Below, in pieces: positions 40,982 through 54,659 of a stretch of DNA of 64,000 nt. Within the stretch, counting starts at the first letter, position 1; each line of letters begins with the position of its first letter. The position numbers and the translations under genes are program-made. The notes under the pieces are model-generated. The model saw nothing but the letters and a program-made list of their open reading frames with translations. It did not search any database and had not been told where the DNA came from. The DNA is from the human T2T-CHM13v2.0 reference genome, Homo sapiens, in NCBI RefSeq assembly GCF_009914755.1, contig NC_060925.1. One strand, 5' to 3'.

Positions 40982-42264
40982 TATTGATTGAAGGGACTCC
41001 CTTTACCTAAATGTATATGGGCTTTGTATGAATTATGGATGCACGAGAGCGTCCAACCATCTGGATCTAACAAAGATGTCAAAGTAAAGGATGAAATTCA
41101 CTATTTTATGGGAGTGAATTTGGTTAACTTCATATATTCCTTTGAAGACAAGGACTATTTCTTTTCTTAATTTTTTATTTTTATAGATTTACAGTACAGA
41201 GATTTCTTAAAAAACTAAAAATAGAACTCCCCTTTGATTCCCACTATTGAGTATCTACCCAAAGGAAAGGGACTTTTTCCTAACACAAACTTAGGATATG
41301 TTGTGTTCTCCAAAGGGAATGGGAAGTGGTGATGAAGATTAAAAAAAAAAGTCCTTACTAATTTTGCTTTAAACAAGTCTATATAGTCTGATTTAAAAAT
41401 AAAAGTGCATTTGCCATGTATATTTTTCATATATATATATGTGTGTGTGTGTGTTTATGATCATTTTTCAAAACTGCAAATTGCTTCATGGTTTATTGCC
41501 TTTGTCAATAGTTCTCACAAGGAACTCCCAATACTTCTATACGGCGACTCAACTCTTTCTCTCTATCCCATCATTTTCCTGCCTTTTTGTTTTTTTTTTT
41601 TTTTTTTATGTTTGTACCTTTCTTTTAAGTCCTCTGTCATTTCTTTGTTAGATCATCTGGCCAATTGCAAGTCTTCTCACTCAACCTCCCTGTTTCTTTC
41701 CTCTAATCCCTTTAATTTATCTTGTGCATGTCTGCCATAATGATCTTAAAGCATAATAATTATGTCATTCCTCAGCTTAAAAACAAACATTCACATCAAA
41801 AACAAGCACTTTTATTCCCCAAGGAGTAAAGTCTATGAATTTCCTAAACTTGACGTTTACATCCCACTCAGACACATCTGTAAACTGTCCCTTCCCCATC
41901 TCAGACATTCAGCCAAATTGGAATATTATCTATTGTTCCCTCAACATGCCCTGCATCCATTCTGCAGTGTCTTCAGTATACCTAGTGCAGATGCAGTCTC
42001 CTCTGCAAAGCCCACTCCCTCCCTCCACTTGGAATCAATCTCTCTTCTGAGCTCACAGCTTCTGCAGAGGCCAATCCTTACTGTCTTGTGCTGTAACATT
42101 TGTGCTCAGGGGTTTTTTTGTTTTGTTTCCACTCCAGGCTGTCATTTCCTTGAAGACATGGATCCCATAACATTTATTCTAGTGCTTTATGACAAGTTGG
42201 AATTCAATGACTATTTATTAAATTGAGTTCTTTCAGCAGAAAAACATCAGCGAAGCAGCAGGCC

Positions 42265-42406
42265 ATGCACCCCCCAAAAACTCCATCTGGGGCTCTTCAT
42301 AGAAAAAGGAAAATGGCAGCCTGGCCCTTCTCCAGGCTGTGGAAAGTCTCTGATCCAATTCTCTTCCAAATGACCTTGATCGCTGCTCTGTTGCCTGCTG
42401 TTCTTG
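42265..42406 (+). CDS. C4BPA: C4BPA exon 2, coding part (signal peptide)
   Basis: MHPPKTPSGALHRKRKMAAWPFSRLWKVSDPILFQMTLIAALLPAVL(G); acceptor tttcagcag at 42236/42239; donor gtgagt. Confidence 0.97.
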
Positions 42407-43338
42407 GTGAGTAGTGGGAAACAAGCTCAAATCAGCAACAAACAATGAAGATCATCTGTGCATTCACTTTTAAGGCTAAAAAAAATGATGACTGAGCTTC
42501 TAGCAGAGACCCAGCTTCATCAACAAGTGGTTTATTTGACAGGCTAGAACTTAGGGAAATTTGCTTTACACATAAAGGAAATAGTGTTATAGACACTTTC
42601 CCCTAGATTTTTATTTCTCCAGGAAAGAATTTCTCTCCCAACCATCTATATGGATGATAATATGGACAGATCTATATTATCTATTACTATGACTAAACAA
42701 TTTTCACTGTTTGTGGGTTTATTCAGGGGGTGCTTAAAAAGTAAATCAGCCTGGTACTTAATTCTTGCAAAAAAAGCAAAGTTAAGATTTTTATGCTTCA
42801 AGGGCTCCATGCTTCTTCCTCCATATCATTCAAAATCAAACAGATGTAAAAAAAATAAATTAAAAATGTTATTTTTACCCATTTCCCAGCCACCCTGTTT
42901 CCCTTCCCTGAGGCAACCAAAGTTATATAATGTTATTTGAATACAATAATATGTTTCTGTTGAGGCAACTTGTAGTGACTTCTGACTTTGCACAGATGCA
43001 TTTGAGTCAGCAGATATGGGGAGTCAGGTTGGTGAAGTTCATGTCTTTCTTCTTTTTCAGATAAATTATCCCATATGTAGCAGAGAAGGGAAAAAAATTC
43101 TGCCTTTTATCATTATTGTTTATTGTTATCATTGTCATTATCATTTGTGAACAAATATATATTACTGATCACTCACTAGGTGTATTGAACAGAGAGTATA
43201 ATAGGAGTTATGATTTTTCTTGACTAGAGATCATTCTTGAAAAGAACGATCCCTGCTCTAAACATCACACTTCAGAAACAATAAGATGCTGTGTCCCAAG
43301 GTATAAGTTTTGGTGCTCCTTCTCATTTTGGTGTCCAG

Positions 43339-43524
43339 GCAATTGTGGTCCTCCACCCACTTTATCATTTGCTGCCCCGATGGATATTACGTTGACTGAG
43401 ACACGCTTCAAAACTGGAACTACTCTGAAATACACCTGCCTCCCTGGCTACGTCAGATCCCATTCAACTCAGACGCTTACCTGTAATTCTGATGGCGAAT
43501 GGGTGTATAACACCTTCTGTATCT
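43339..43524 (+). CDS. C4BPA: C4BPA exon 3 (CCP1)
   Basis: NCGPPPTLSFAAPMDITLTETRFKTGTTLKYTCLPGYVRSHSTQTLTCNSDGEWVYNTFCI. Confidence 0.97.
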
Positions 43525-43721
43525 GTAAGTATCAACATTTATTTTTTTCCTTTGCTTTTCCTATCTTTGGAAAGTTGTCTCAGAAACTAAATTTTCTGAA
43601 TCTTTAGTCACCAAGAAGACAGTTTGTCAATTACTGATTTCAATGTACATACTTGTGGCATTTTTTGAAAAAGCAAAACAGAAAAATTAGGGGTAGTTAA
43701 TTGCATTGAAAAATAACTCTG

Positions 43722-44032
43722 TTCTTTTTTTTTTTTTTTTTTTTTTTTTTGAGACAGAGTCTAGCTCTGTCTCCCAGGCTGGAGTGCAGTGGTGGAATCT
43801 TGGCTCCCTGCAACCTCTGCCTCCTGGTTTCAAGTGACTCTCCTGCCTCAGCCTCCTGAGTAGCTGGAATTACAGGCGTGCACCACCACACCTGGTTAAT
43901 TTTTCTGTTTTAAGTAGATACAGGGTTTCACCATATTGGCTAGACTGGTCTCAAACTCCTGACCTCAAGTGATCTGCCTGCCTCGGCTTCCCAAAGTGCT
44001 GATATTACAGGTATGAGCCACTGGGCCTGGTT
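43722..44032 (-). mobile_element. AluS element
   Basis: Long T tail plus full antisense Alu. Confidence 0.95.
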
Positions 44033-44654
44033 AGAAGTCTATTCTTTATAAAGTAATCCACCAAACACTTCTTTCAAGAAAAGAACCACAAATTTCATTA
44101 TGATCTATTGAAAATCAGATTCACTTTTTAAAAAATTATAAAAAAGGTAGGTGGCTAGAAAGAGGCAATGCAGTTTTCAAAAGAACCTCACTCAAAATAT
44201 TTGCTGTGTTTTGAAGAAAAGTTATAATTCACTGTCAGTTGGGAATGCATTCTGTGATGTTTTCCAATAGCAGGGGTATACAATCAATACTTTCTCTTTT
44301 TTGTTCCTTTTGTGACATGCATTTTTTAGTGGCCTAGGTTCTAAGTACATGCCATAGACATAGAATGAAGCAAAGCTCTCCCGTCCCTGGTCAGCTTATT
44401 AAGTCCTGGACCACGTGTTCTGCTGCTGCAATTATTTAACTGGTCATTTTTCTCTATTGGTAAAATGTACCAGAAAAAAAGGTGATCAAATTTTGTATTA
44501 ATTTTGAGGTGAGTCAGGGTTAGAAATAAGTTTGAATCTAAATCTCTCTGTGTTTCTGGAAGCAGAGGTGAACCTTGGTTAATTTCTTTTCTTTTCTAAT
44601 GCCATATCTGTGAGTACTTGGAAGTACTAATCATCATTTAAATTTTTCTCCCAG

Positions 44655-44754
44655 ACAAACGATGCAGACACCCAGGAGAGTTACGTAATGGGCAAGTAGA
44701 GATTAAGACAGATTTATCTTTTGGATCACAAATAGAATTCAGCTGTTCAGAAGG
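44655..44754 (+). CDS. C4BPA: C4BPA exon 4 (CCP2 first half)
   Basis: (Y)[32 protein letters not shown](G); phase 1-2. Confidence 0.97.
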
Positions 44755-44779
44755 GTGAGTGTGAGGTAATCTATGAACA

Positions 44780-45750
44780 ATTCTTTTATACTTATTTAAA
44801 AAATAGCTGAAGTGTTCGTATATTTCAAAATTTAAAATGATGTAAAAAGATAGACGTTGAGAATTCTCATTTCCATCCTATCTCCATACACCACATTCCT
44901 TCCCGTCCTCAAGCAAAGATCTATTTTTATTGGTTCGTATATATCTTTCTAGTGTTTCCTTATATAAATACAAGCTAAGAAGTTAGCATATATTCTTATT
45001 TTCCCCCCTTTCCTCTAATGAACCTAGTATTGAATCTTGCTTTATTGTTTACTTATCAATGTATACTGGAGATATTTCCATGTTTGCGCATAGAGAGTTT
45101 CCTCATTAATTTCTTTTTACAACTGCATAGAATGTTGTTGTGTAGTTGTGTCATGGCTTTGCCGTCCTTGTGATGGATCCATGGATGTTTCTAATCTTTT
45201 GCTATTCTGAACAATGCTCTGAAGTATTCTCTTGTATGTGTGTCATTTTATACATATGTAGTTACATCTGCAGGATAGCTTCCTAGAGGAGGCCTTTCTG
45301 GCTCAAAGAGTATGTATATTTGAAAATTTAAAAGATATTGTCAGACTGCTTTCCCTAAGGGTTTCATGGTTTTGCAGAGTATGTAAATGTCTGTCTCTCC
45401 ACAAACTCTCCAACTGTGTTGTCAAACTTTCGAAAACTTGTCAAATTTTTGAATTTTTCCCAATGTAAGAGGTGAAAATAAAATCTCACTATAGTTTCAC
45501 TGTACATTTCTCTTATTGTCAGGGAGGTTAAGTATATTTTTATATGTCCAGGGGATGTTTGTATTTATTTGTGCACTAGTTAGCATGTCTGATGCCTGGT
45601 TGTTGTTTTTTTTCCTTAACTTGTTGAACTTTTTATTCTTAAGTTTTAGGATGTATACATTTAGACATACACATGAGTCTGTGCATTGCAGGATTTAGGC
45701 CTTGATTCTGATATATACTGTAACTTTTCCCACAGTGTGTGTGTGTGTGT

Positions 45751-45801
<51 letters not shown>

Positions 45802-46370
45802 ATGTTTTTGACTTGGCTATTGGTATTTTTTCCCCTTAAGGAGAAATTATTTGTATTTATGTTGTTAAATTCATCAATTTCCCTTTTAGAAATGGCTTTT
45901 GGATTTTATGTCCTAAGGCCTTCCCCAATATAAGGTTTAAAAAAAATCGCCTATATTTCCTCTACTTCTTTTATATTTTCATATTTTTTAATATTCAAAG
46001 CTTTAATTTATTTGGAGTTAATATACAGTATACAGTATGAGGTACAGATTTTAGACTATATCTTTTCATATTGCTTTCCTGTTACGCCAACACCACTTAT
46101 TTAAAAGTTTGCCTTTACTGATTTAAGATGCTCTTTGATATTATATAAAATTCATATACTTATCTAGGTCTATTTCTGGACTTTCTATTCAATGCCCGTA
46201 TTTTTCCTGTACATTTATGTATGCGTTTCACAGTCATTTAATAATTGAAGCTTTATAATATGTTTTAATAGCCAATATGGGTAGAGCTATCTTATTGCTC
46301 TTCTTTTTTGAAGTTTTCCTGACAGTATGTATTTATTTTTCTATAAGAACTTTAAAGTTAGACATATTTT
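44780..46370 (-). mobile_element. Old L1 (L1ME-like) relic, containing (TG)n at 45735-45798
   Basis: T-rich antisense L1 phrases (tttgctattctgaacaatgct, atctcactatagtttc, caacaccacttatttaaaa, ggtctatttctggactttctattc). Confidence 0.7.
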
Positions 46371-46405
46371 AAAATCAGTGTTAGATTAGTTTTAAAATTA
46401 ATTTT

Positions 46406-46699
46406 AGGTGAAGTGCAGTGGCTCACACCTGTAATCCCAGCACTTTGGAAGACCAAGGTGGGAAGATCTCTTGAGTCCAGGAGTTCGAGACCAGCCCGGG
46501 CAACACAGGGAGACCTTGTCTCTACAAGAAATTAAAAACATTAGCCGAGTGTGGTAGCACGCACTTCTAGTCCCAGCTATGCAACAGGCTGAGGTGGCAG
46601 GATCACTTGAGCCTGGGAGGTCGAGGCTGCAGTGAGCCATGATAGTGCCACTGCACTACAACCTGGGTGACAGGGCAAGACCTCATCTCGAAAAATAAA
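46406..46699 (+). mobile_element. AluJ-like element
   Basis: Diverged dimeric Alu. Confidence 0.92.
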
Positions 46700-46769
46700 C
46701 TGGTAAAATTAACTTTAGGAGAATAGATATTTTATAATGTTGACTCTCTCTAGTTAAGAATATGTTACC

Positions 46770-47172
46770 GTAGAGAAGGCAAAACTATTCCTCTACCCTC
46801 TTAGGGTCTCCACCAGGCCTGAGAATTAAGTTGACATGAAACAGATTAACAGGAGAAAAGCACACAGGTTTTATTTTAACAAGTACATAGGAAACTTCAC
46901 AGGAAAATGAAGACCCAAAAAGTGGTCTTTGTACAAAGTTTCTTTGTACAGATTTCTCTTGGCCTTGACTCCCTGCCTCTGGTGATAAGAGTGTTCTTTT
47001 CCTTCAGGTACAGGGAAGGTATCTTTCCTGTGAGAGTTTCATGTCCTGCCTTCAGGAAGAAAAGGGGAGGTCAGAGTGCCCTTCCTGCATCTTGCTGTGT
47101 TTCAAGTGCTTTTAACTCAAAAAACAATCTTTATGCCAAACTGGTCTATTTTGGCATATTCTGCTACCCTTT
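46770..47172 (-). mobile_element. ERV1-type solo LTR (MER34-like)
   Basis: ttcctctaccctcttagg...acagattaacaggagaaaa...aatctttatgccaaa...ggcatattctg. Confidence 0.6.
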
Positions 47173-47348
47173 GCTATGCTTTCCTCAGTTCGTCTTAGTC
47201 TTTTTTTCCTTGTTTCTTCATGTGTGTTTCAGCTTTCCTCACATAGATTTTGCATTTCTTGAAGAGTTTAAACCTCTGGCAAAACCAAACAAAAAATGTT
47301 TTTGGTATTTTAAATGGATTATTTATCCAATTTGTATTGTAACTAGTT

Positions 47349-47372
47349 TATCTATCATCTATCTATCATCTA

Positions 47373-47421
<49 letters not shown>

Positions 47422-47456
47422 ATCTATCTATCTATCATCTATCTATCTATCATCTG

Positions 47457-47498
<42 letters not shown>

Positions 47499-47507
47499 AT
47501 CTATCTA
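47349..47507. repeat. Compound (TCTA)n/(TCTG)n tetranucleotide STR
   Basis: Directly visible. Confidence 0.97.
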
Positions 47508-47561
47508 CTATTGATTTCTGCATGTTAGTTTGATATCTCAGCCAACTTTCTAAATTTATTA

Positions 47562-47940
47562 TGCATTAGTTCATTCTCATGCTGCTATGAAGAAATACCC
47601 AAGACTGGGTAATTTATAAAGAAAAGAGGTTTAATTTACTCACAGTTCCACATGGCTGGTAAGGCCTCAGGAAACTTACAATCATCGCAGAAGGCAAAGG
47701 GGAAGAAAGGCACCTTCTTCACATGGCGGCAGGGAGGAGAAGTGTTGAGTAAAGGGGGAAAAGCCCCTCATAAAACCAACAGACCTCATGAGAAACTCAC
47801 TCACTATCATGAGAATAGCATTGGGGTAACTGCCCCCATGATTCAATTACTTCCCACTACATTCCTCCCATGACACATGGGGATTATAGGAACTACAATT
47901 CAATATGAGTTTTGGGTGGGGACACAGCCAAACCATGTCA
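47562..47940 (-). mobile_element. THE1-type MaLR solo LTR
   Basis: gactgggtaatttataaagaaaagaggtttaat...ggggacacagccaaaccat; exact 5-bp TSD tatta. Confidence 0.92.
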
Positions 47941-48090
47941 TATTATTTGTAAAAATTTAAAAAAATTCTTTCAGTTGAATTCTCTTAGGATTATCTGGTT
48001 TGTAATCACATCATTTCAATGATTCTTTTACCTCCTACTTCCCAATTTTTAGATTTCCATTTTCTTTTTCTTATCTACTTATGTTAATTA

Positions 48091-49730
48091 TGTCAGTCAG
48101 GATTTACCTGGAGAAATAGAACCGCAGGATTTATTGTAGGGACCTGACTTGACATAGGTGTGGGAGATAGTTAAATGGTGTTTACAGGAGGCTGTTCCTT
48201 CAATGTCTGTTGCTGTGGCCTGAAGTAAGCAGGGCAGGGACTCAGGAAGGGAAGATAGACATGAACTGAGTGCTTCAAGGACAAACTGGAACCTGCAAAG
48301 ATGAGCGAGTAAAGCCCACCATTGTAAACTGGAATTCATCTTGTTCTTTCACTGCCCCTTAGCCTTCAACTTCAAAAATGGGTATGTCCTGTAGAAGTTG
48401 TCCGTCACAGTGCTAATGTACTTGGATCAGAAGCCAGGGTACATGAAGGAGGAGATCCTGCAGGAGCTGGCTCTGCTGTGGCCTGGTTGAGCCCTCTACT
48501 AACAAAGTGATAGAACAGAGAAACAACAGTGCTTGTGAACTGCAGTCACATCCTGTGCTCTGCCCTGACCTTTCTAGCATATGGAGTATGGCTCTACTAA
48601 TTCACATCTACCGTCTTTTATGGGCCATACTAACTTGGCATTATGTATGGAAGATAATTCTGGGAAACATAATTACAGCTTAGCTAAGTTGACACAACAT
48701 AAATCTACCACAGCTCACTCCTTGTCAAATGTGATATTTGTATACACTAGTTTTAACCATACTTAGCTTAATTTCCAAATAAAGTCAATAGCAAAGTAAT
48801 ACTCACATTTTACATAATGCAACTATCCCTCATACACCCAAAAACATGGAAATTCTTTTCCTAAAAGAGAATTCCCTTTGAGCTGAGTCATATCTCCCCT
48901 TTGATATTCTATAACTTAAATATTGAGATGTAAGGTAAGCCACTACAAACACATCTTATACAGTAGGGGAAGGAAAGGGGTAAAAAGAAACACAATTAAT
49001 GTAATGTCCATTTATATTAAAATAAGAAAGAAATATTCACAACTTTTATGGTCCTTGTTTATGCAACTGGTCATGTGGTTGTAGCAGATATTTATAACGA
49101 TGTTTCTGTTACTTATTCCATATTCTCTTTGCCCTCAGCAAGCACTTCATCTGTCGTTGGTTCCTTGCCCAATGGGGTCACCTAAACTTTTATTCTTGAA
49201 TGGTCTGGGCCATCAGCAGTCCTGCCTGATTTGGGTTATTATAGTTTTTTGTTGATTTTAATTATAGGGCATTGGAGTGTAAGGGGGTGCACCCAGTATG
49301 TCTGGGTGCCCTGCATTCCAGACATACTCATCTTTACCATCACTGTGCAGAAGCAATCTAATTTTTCCCTTCATTATCAGGATTAGTCACACCAACCATC
49401 AAAGTGGACTCCTTCTTTGCCTTACCTTCACTTGCATGAGGGTCCAGAGTTGACAGGTCTCAACCTCCAAGCTTAATTTAGGGTTTTCAGGTAAAATACA
49501 GGATGCCCAGTTAAATTTGATTTTCGGGTAAACAACAAATAATTTTAGTGTATGTTCCATGCAACATTTGGATCACACTTAAACTAAAAAAAGTGTTCAT
49601 TGTTTACATGAAATTCACATTTAACTAGGCACCCTGTATTTGTATTTGCTAAATCCGGCAACTCTAATTTTTGGAACTCTTGCTGCGTCCCCCAGTAGAA
49701 GCATTCTTCCACTGAAGACTTCCAAACTGA
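48091..49730 (-). mobile_element. Old ERVL 3' LTR (~48091-48712) with adjoining internal sequence; nested MER3/MER33-like insert ~49480-49665
   Basis: Minus-strand junction ttgacaaggagtgagc|tgtggtagattta...tgtgtcaacttagctaagct resembles an ERVL PPT/LTR boundary. Confidence 0.55.
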
Positions 49731-49732
49731 CT

Positions 49733-49895
49733 GGGCCAGGTGCAGTGGCTCACGCCTGTAATTCCAACACTTTGAGAGGTTGAGGTGGGAAGATCACCTG
49801 AGCCCAGGAGTTCAAGACCAGCGTGAGCAACATAGCGAAACCCATCTCTAAAGAATAAAAAAATTTAAAAAACAGAAAATAAAAGAAATAAAAAG
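49733..49895 (+). mobile_element. FLAM Alu monomer
   Basis: Single left arm plus A-rich tail. Confidence 0.85.
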
Positions 49896-50066
49896 ACTTC
49901 TAGATTAACCAAGAATGTTACTTATTTTTATGTTTTAAAATTTACAGTTGTTTTATGGCGCATCATGATATACAATCAACTTTCATTAATATTTCAACAG
50001 GCACTGGAATGAAGGATTTTCTTTATTAGTAGTATATAGAGTTTGCTATATACACATCAGATTTAC

Positions 50067-50358
50067 TTTCTTTTTTTGAGACAAGTTCTCCCTCTATCAC
50101 ACAGGCTGGAGTGCAGTGGTGCAGTCTTGGCTTACTGTAGCCTGGACTGCCCTGGCTCAAGCAATCCTCTTGCCTCAGCCTTCTGAGTAGCTAGGCCTAC
50201 AGGCATGTGCCATGATGCCTGGCTAAAGTTCAAACTTTTGTAGAGATGAGGTCTTGTTATGTTGCTCATGCTTGTCTAGAACACCTGGGCTCAATGGATT
50301 CTCTTGCCCCGGTCTTCCAAACTGCTGAGATTACAGGCATGAGCCACTGTTCTCAGTC
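50067..50358 (-). mobile_element. AluJ-like element
   Basis: Diverged antisense Alu. Confidence 0.9.
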
Positions 50359-51788
50359 AGATCTACTTTCTTGATAAGTTGTTTTGAATATTTTATTATG
50401 CTTGTCTTTATATACCTTAAGCATGAAGATAGGAGTTAAAGTAAATTAATAATTTTATAATTATTTTAACCATTATAAAATAATTTAATGATAATTAGCA
50501 TATTTTGATTATTTTTCTTGTCTCATATACTTCTGTTTTATTAAAATTGCTGCTACATACATATTTTGCTACATAAAGATTCATAGCTCTTCACTGAAAA
50601 TCAAAATCTTTAACATATAAAGTACCCATTGTGTGTCATTTAATAATCTTGGTTCTGATGTCCAACTTATGGGATATTAAAATTATTATCTTTGGTTTTC
50701 TTTTGAATTTGCTTGGTATAATTTTATGCTGTCTTTTATTTTTAATCTGTCTGAAACACTTTTAGGTTTGTCTCCTGTATATAACAGAGCTGAATTTTCT
50801 CCAATTAAAAGCTGTTTTTCTTTCATTAGGAGTTTACATTTATTGATGTGAGTGATACTTATAGACTTGGTTTTATCATATTATTTCATATTTTGTTATA
50901 TATGTATGTGTATATTTATTTTCTATTAAAAATATATGGTGGTATTTAGGAAGGTTCAAAATTTGTTTCTAGTGGTGACCTATATACATTTAAATTTATA
51001 TAATATCATTATTCCTCTTTATCTTTAGACAGTTTAAATTGGTTCCTTGTTATAAACAACAATAAACTTATCTTGTATTCTTACCCCTCCTTCACCCCTT
51101 CTATCTTCCCTACCAGTAAATTTGTATCATTTGTATTATCTTAGTGTTTATTTTGTATTTAACATTAATGTGAAATATTCATATGTGTCTATGGTTGCTT
51201 TCATTCTCAACTTTGCAAATGATCAGGCAATAAGGGAATTTATTTTACCCTCTCTTCCCTGTCTCTATTTTTTCTTAGTTATACTATTTCAGTGCTGTCT
51301 GAGCATATAACATTTATATTTCCTTCAGTCACACTTAAAATCACATTTGTTTTTTCTTAGATCTGCATGTACAATGTTTGCTACCATTTTTGTTTATTTT
51401 GGCTAAAGTTGCCATTGTCATCTCTTGGTTGGCTGTAGTTTGTCCTATGGTGGTTTCCAAAAAAAAGTCCCAAGTGAAAATTATTCTTTGAGTTCTTGCA
51501 GGTTCAGATAATATATCTGAGGCATTGATACCTAGAAGATAATGGGGCTTGATATAGTCCTTGGCTCATCCTTTCTTTTCTTGGATGTCTTATAGGTACT
51601 GCTGCACTATCTTTTGCTAGTGAATACTACTGATCTGAAATTTCTTCTCATATGGCTTGATCTTTGTTTGACTATCTAAATTATTATTCTTTATCTTTGA
51701 AACCTAATACTTTTACTCTTAGTTGTTTTGGTAGAAATCACTTGGTTTAATTTTTTGCTACTATGTGATGTGCAATTTTAATATGTAG

Positions 51789-52137
<349 letters not shown>

Positions 52138-53172
52138 TAAAAAGCTATTTTGTTCTACTTGGATTCCTTCTTTAGGTTATCCAATTAAGCCTATGTTGAT
52201 TCTCTTTTGCTTGTTACCTATATCTATTAGTTTTCTCTTATCTTTTCCGTTTGTTTCATTTTTGTTGATTTTCTCATTTTTATCCTCTGTTTTCCTTATT
52301 GTGTATGGCTTCCATAAGGGAAAGTGAAAAGAATCAGAACTAAGATGCTGTCGAAACACTAAGGTGTTCCCATTGAAACAACCAGAAACAATATTTTGCA
52401 CTTAGTCTCTGGGCTAGGTTGGAAAAACTACATTTTAAAGAAATTTTAAAGTAAAGAAATACTTAATTGTAGTTGTAGTTGAGATATATTTTCTTGAAGT
52501 TATTATTCAATAAATTCCACAGGCTCTTAGATTGCTGAAGGTGACATTTGCTTTAGTGTTCTATCACATTGTAAGTTTATTCCTTGATGATGCTACAATT
52601 TGATATCATTGATGATTATCAATATCCTTGATGATGCTACAATTTGTAATCATTCATATCTTTTGTTTTTTTCTGTTAGCATAAGATAGAGGGCAGGAAG
52701 ACGAACTGAGGAAAGAGTAGGACATATCAAGAGCCGTAAAAATGGAAGTGGTGAACTGAAAGCTAATGATGTATGGGAATAAGACACCCACCTGGAAGTC
52801 AGAGGAAGCTTCAAGCCAAAGATGGGGAGATTGTGGACTCAGTAATCTAGCTGGTACTCTCACCCAGAGACAACCACAGAACACGCTGAAGCCAGCCTTT
52901 TATTGTTGTGCTTGAGCTCTGGATGAACTGCATTCCTGATCCCTAGTAGATGCTCAGTAACAGATTAAGGAATGAGGGTCCAAAGGAAAAAACACACGCA
53001 TCTCATTGCAGTAATGAAATTTTACTGAATGGAGTGCTTAATGGGAAATGATATCCAAGAACATATGATTTCCTTATTTTAATATTGAGTAACAATTCTA
53101 TTTGCTCAGACCTCTTTAATTTAATTTAGGGTAGGAGGAATTCCATTAAAATCTTTGATCTATCTTATTCAG

Positions 53173-53258
53173 ATTTTTCTTAATTGGCTCAACCACTAGT
53201 CGTTGTGAAGTCCAAGATAGAGGAGTTGGCTGGAGTCATCCTCTCCCACAATGTGAAA
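53173..53258 (+). CDS. C4BPA: C4BPA exon 5 (CCP2 second half)
   Basis: (G)[28 protein letters not shown]; phase 2-1. Confidence 0.97.
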
Positions 53259-53425
53259 GTAAGTAAAGACTCTTCTGACTTGACTATCAATTTAAACTCT
53301 GTTAGGTAATAAAGTCCCTGTGCATCTTTACAGGTATGTGTACCTTCCATTAGAATTTGCATGAATTTTAGATTTATCATGATGCCTTCGCTGAGTATTT
53401 CTTTCTCTTCACTCACTTACCTCAG

Positions 53426-53617
53426 TTGTCAAGTGTAAGCCTCCTCCAGACATCAGGAATGGAAGGCACAGCGGTGAAGAAAATTTCTACGCATACGGCT
53501 TTTCTGTCACCTACAGCTGTGACCCCCGCTTCTCACTCTTGGGCCATGCCTCCATTTCTTGCACTGTGGAGAATGAAACAATAGGCGTTTGGAGACCAAG
53601 CCCTCCTACCTGTGAAA
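53426..53617 (+). CDS. C4BPA: C4BPA exon 6 (CCP3)
   Basis: (I)VKCKPPPDIRNGRHSGEENFYAYGFSVTYSCDPRFSLLGHASISCTVENETIGVWRPSPPTCE. Confidence 0.97.
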
Positions 53618-54659
53618 GTAAGTCATAATGATGAATTCTGCATCAAAATGTTTGCTCTCTTTTGTTTAAAAGAGAAAGAAAGGTAAATTTATTGGGGGGC
53701 AAATGGAAAATTCAAAGATAAACTAACTATCGCTCTGATGCAATCATTTATTTGGCCACCTGATACTTATTGCATGTTTGTTTAGAATATAAAAGCCATA
53801 AAAATGGGAGTGGTGAACTGGGAGCTAACAGTATATGGGAACAAACAGCAACAACATCTCACTGGTTTGGTGAAGTAAAAGTTTATTCTCATTTACACTG
53901 AGTTTGTTCCATGTCCAGGAGACTCTCCAGGGCAGCCGTAGTCTGTGTTAGCTTAGCAACTAGCTCAGCAAGCCAGGTTGCTTTGATCTTATGGCACCTC
54001 CATTTCAAAATGTGCCTTCACAGTCTCTTCAGTAGACGAAGAGAGAAAGGCCAATTGTGTCCTGGCTAAGAGCTTTGGCCTGGAAGCAACCACATATCAC
54101 TTTCCATTACAGCCTTTTGTCTCAAACTAGAGAGTAGCCTCAGAGGACTGGGGAATGTAGCCTTGGTCTGTTCAAGAAGCGGAAATGAAAATATAATTTG
54201 CACCTATAAGATGAAACACATATGCCTGTAGGGCAAGCAAAACCTGAGTGCCAGAAGGGCAACAGGACAAAGCAAGTGATAATTGAGTCAAAAGATATGT
54301 TAGTTAGTGTGCTAGTCTAAGGAATCTTACTTTATTACTAAGTTTACACAGTATTGCTTACTAACCCACCACAGGACACAATCAGACGAGGGGCACAAAA
54401 GAGCAGGATACTGCCAACAGTGCAAAATGCCTGGAGTTAGATCTGCAACAAGTGAAAGCGGCAATAGCTGAGGGCAGAAAAGTGGGCAGGGGCCAGGTTA
54501 TGAAGGGCCTTGTGTTTCAGTCTCAGGCATTCAGAACAATCATGGAGGGGAGACTTTGAAAGGCTTTAACAAGGGGAATAAATGTGCTGCATTTTAGAAA
54601 GATAACTCTGGCTGTGGGACAACAACCTGAAGTGGGACAAAACTTAACTGACAGTCACC

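Noticed and set aside
41762-42226. 154-aa ORF just upstream of C4BPA exon 2
   Set aside because: Intronic, L2-like sequence, with no protein resemblance
46907-47533. Longest ORF in the track (208 aa)
   Set aside because: Runs through an LTR, T-rich sequence and the TCTA STR; low-complexity translation with no exon signals
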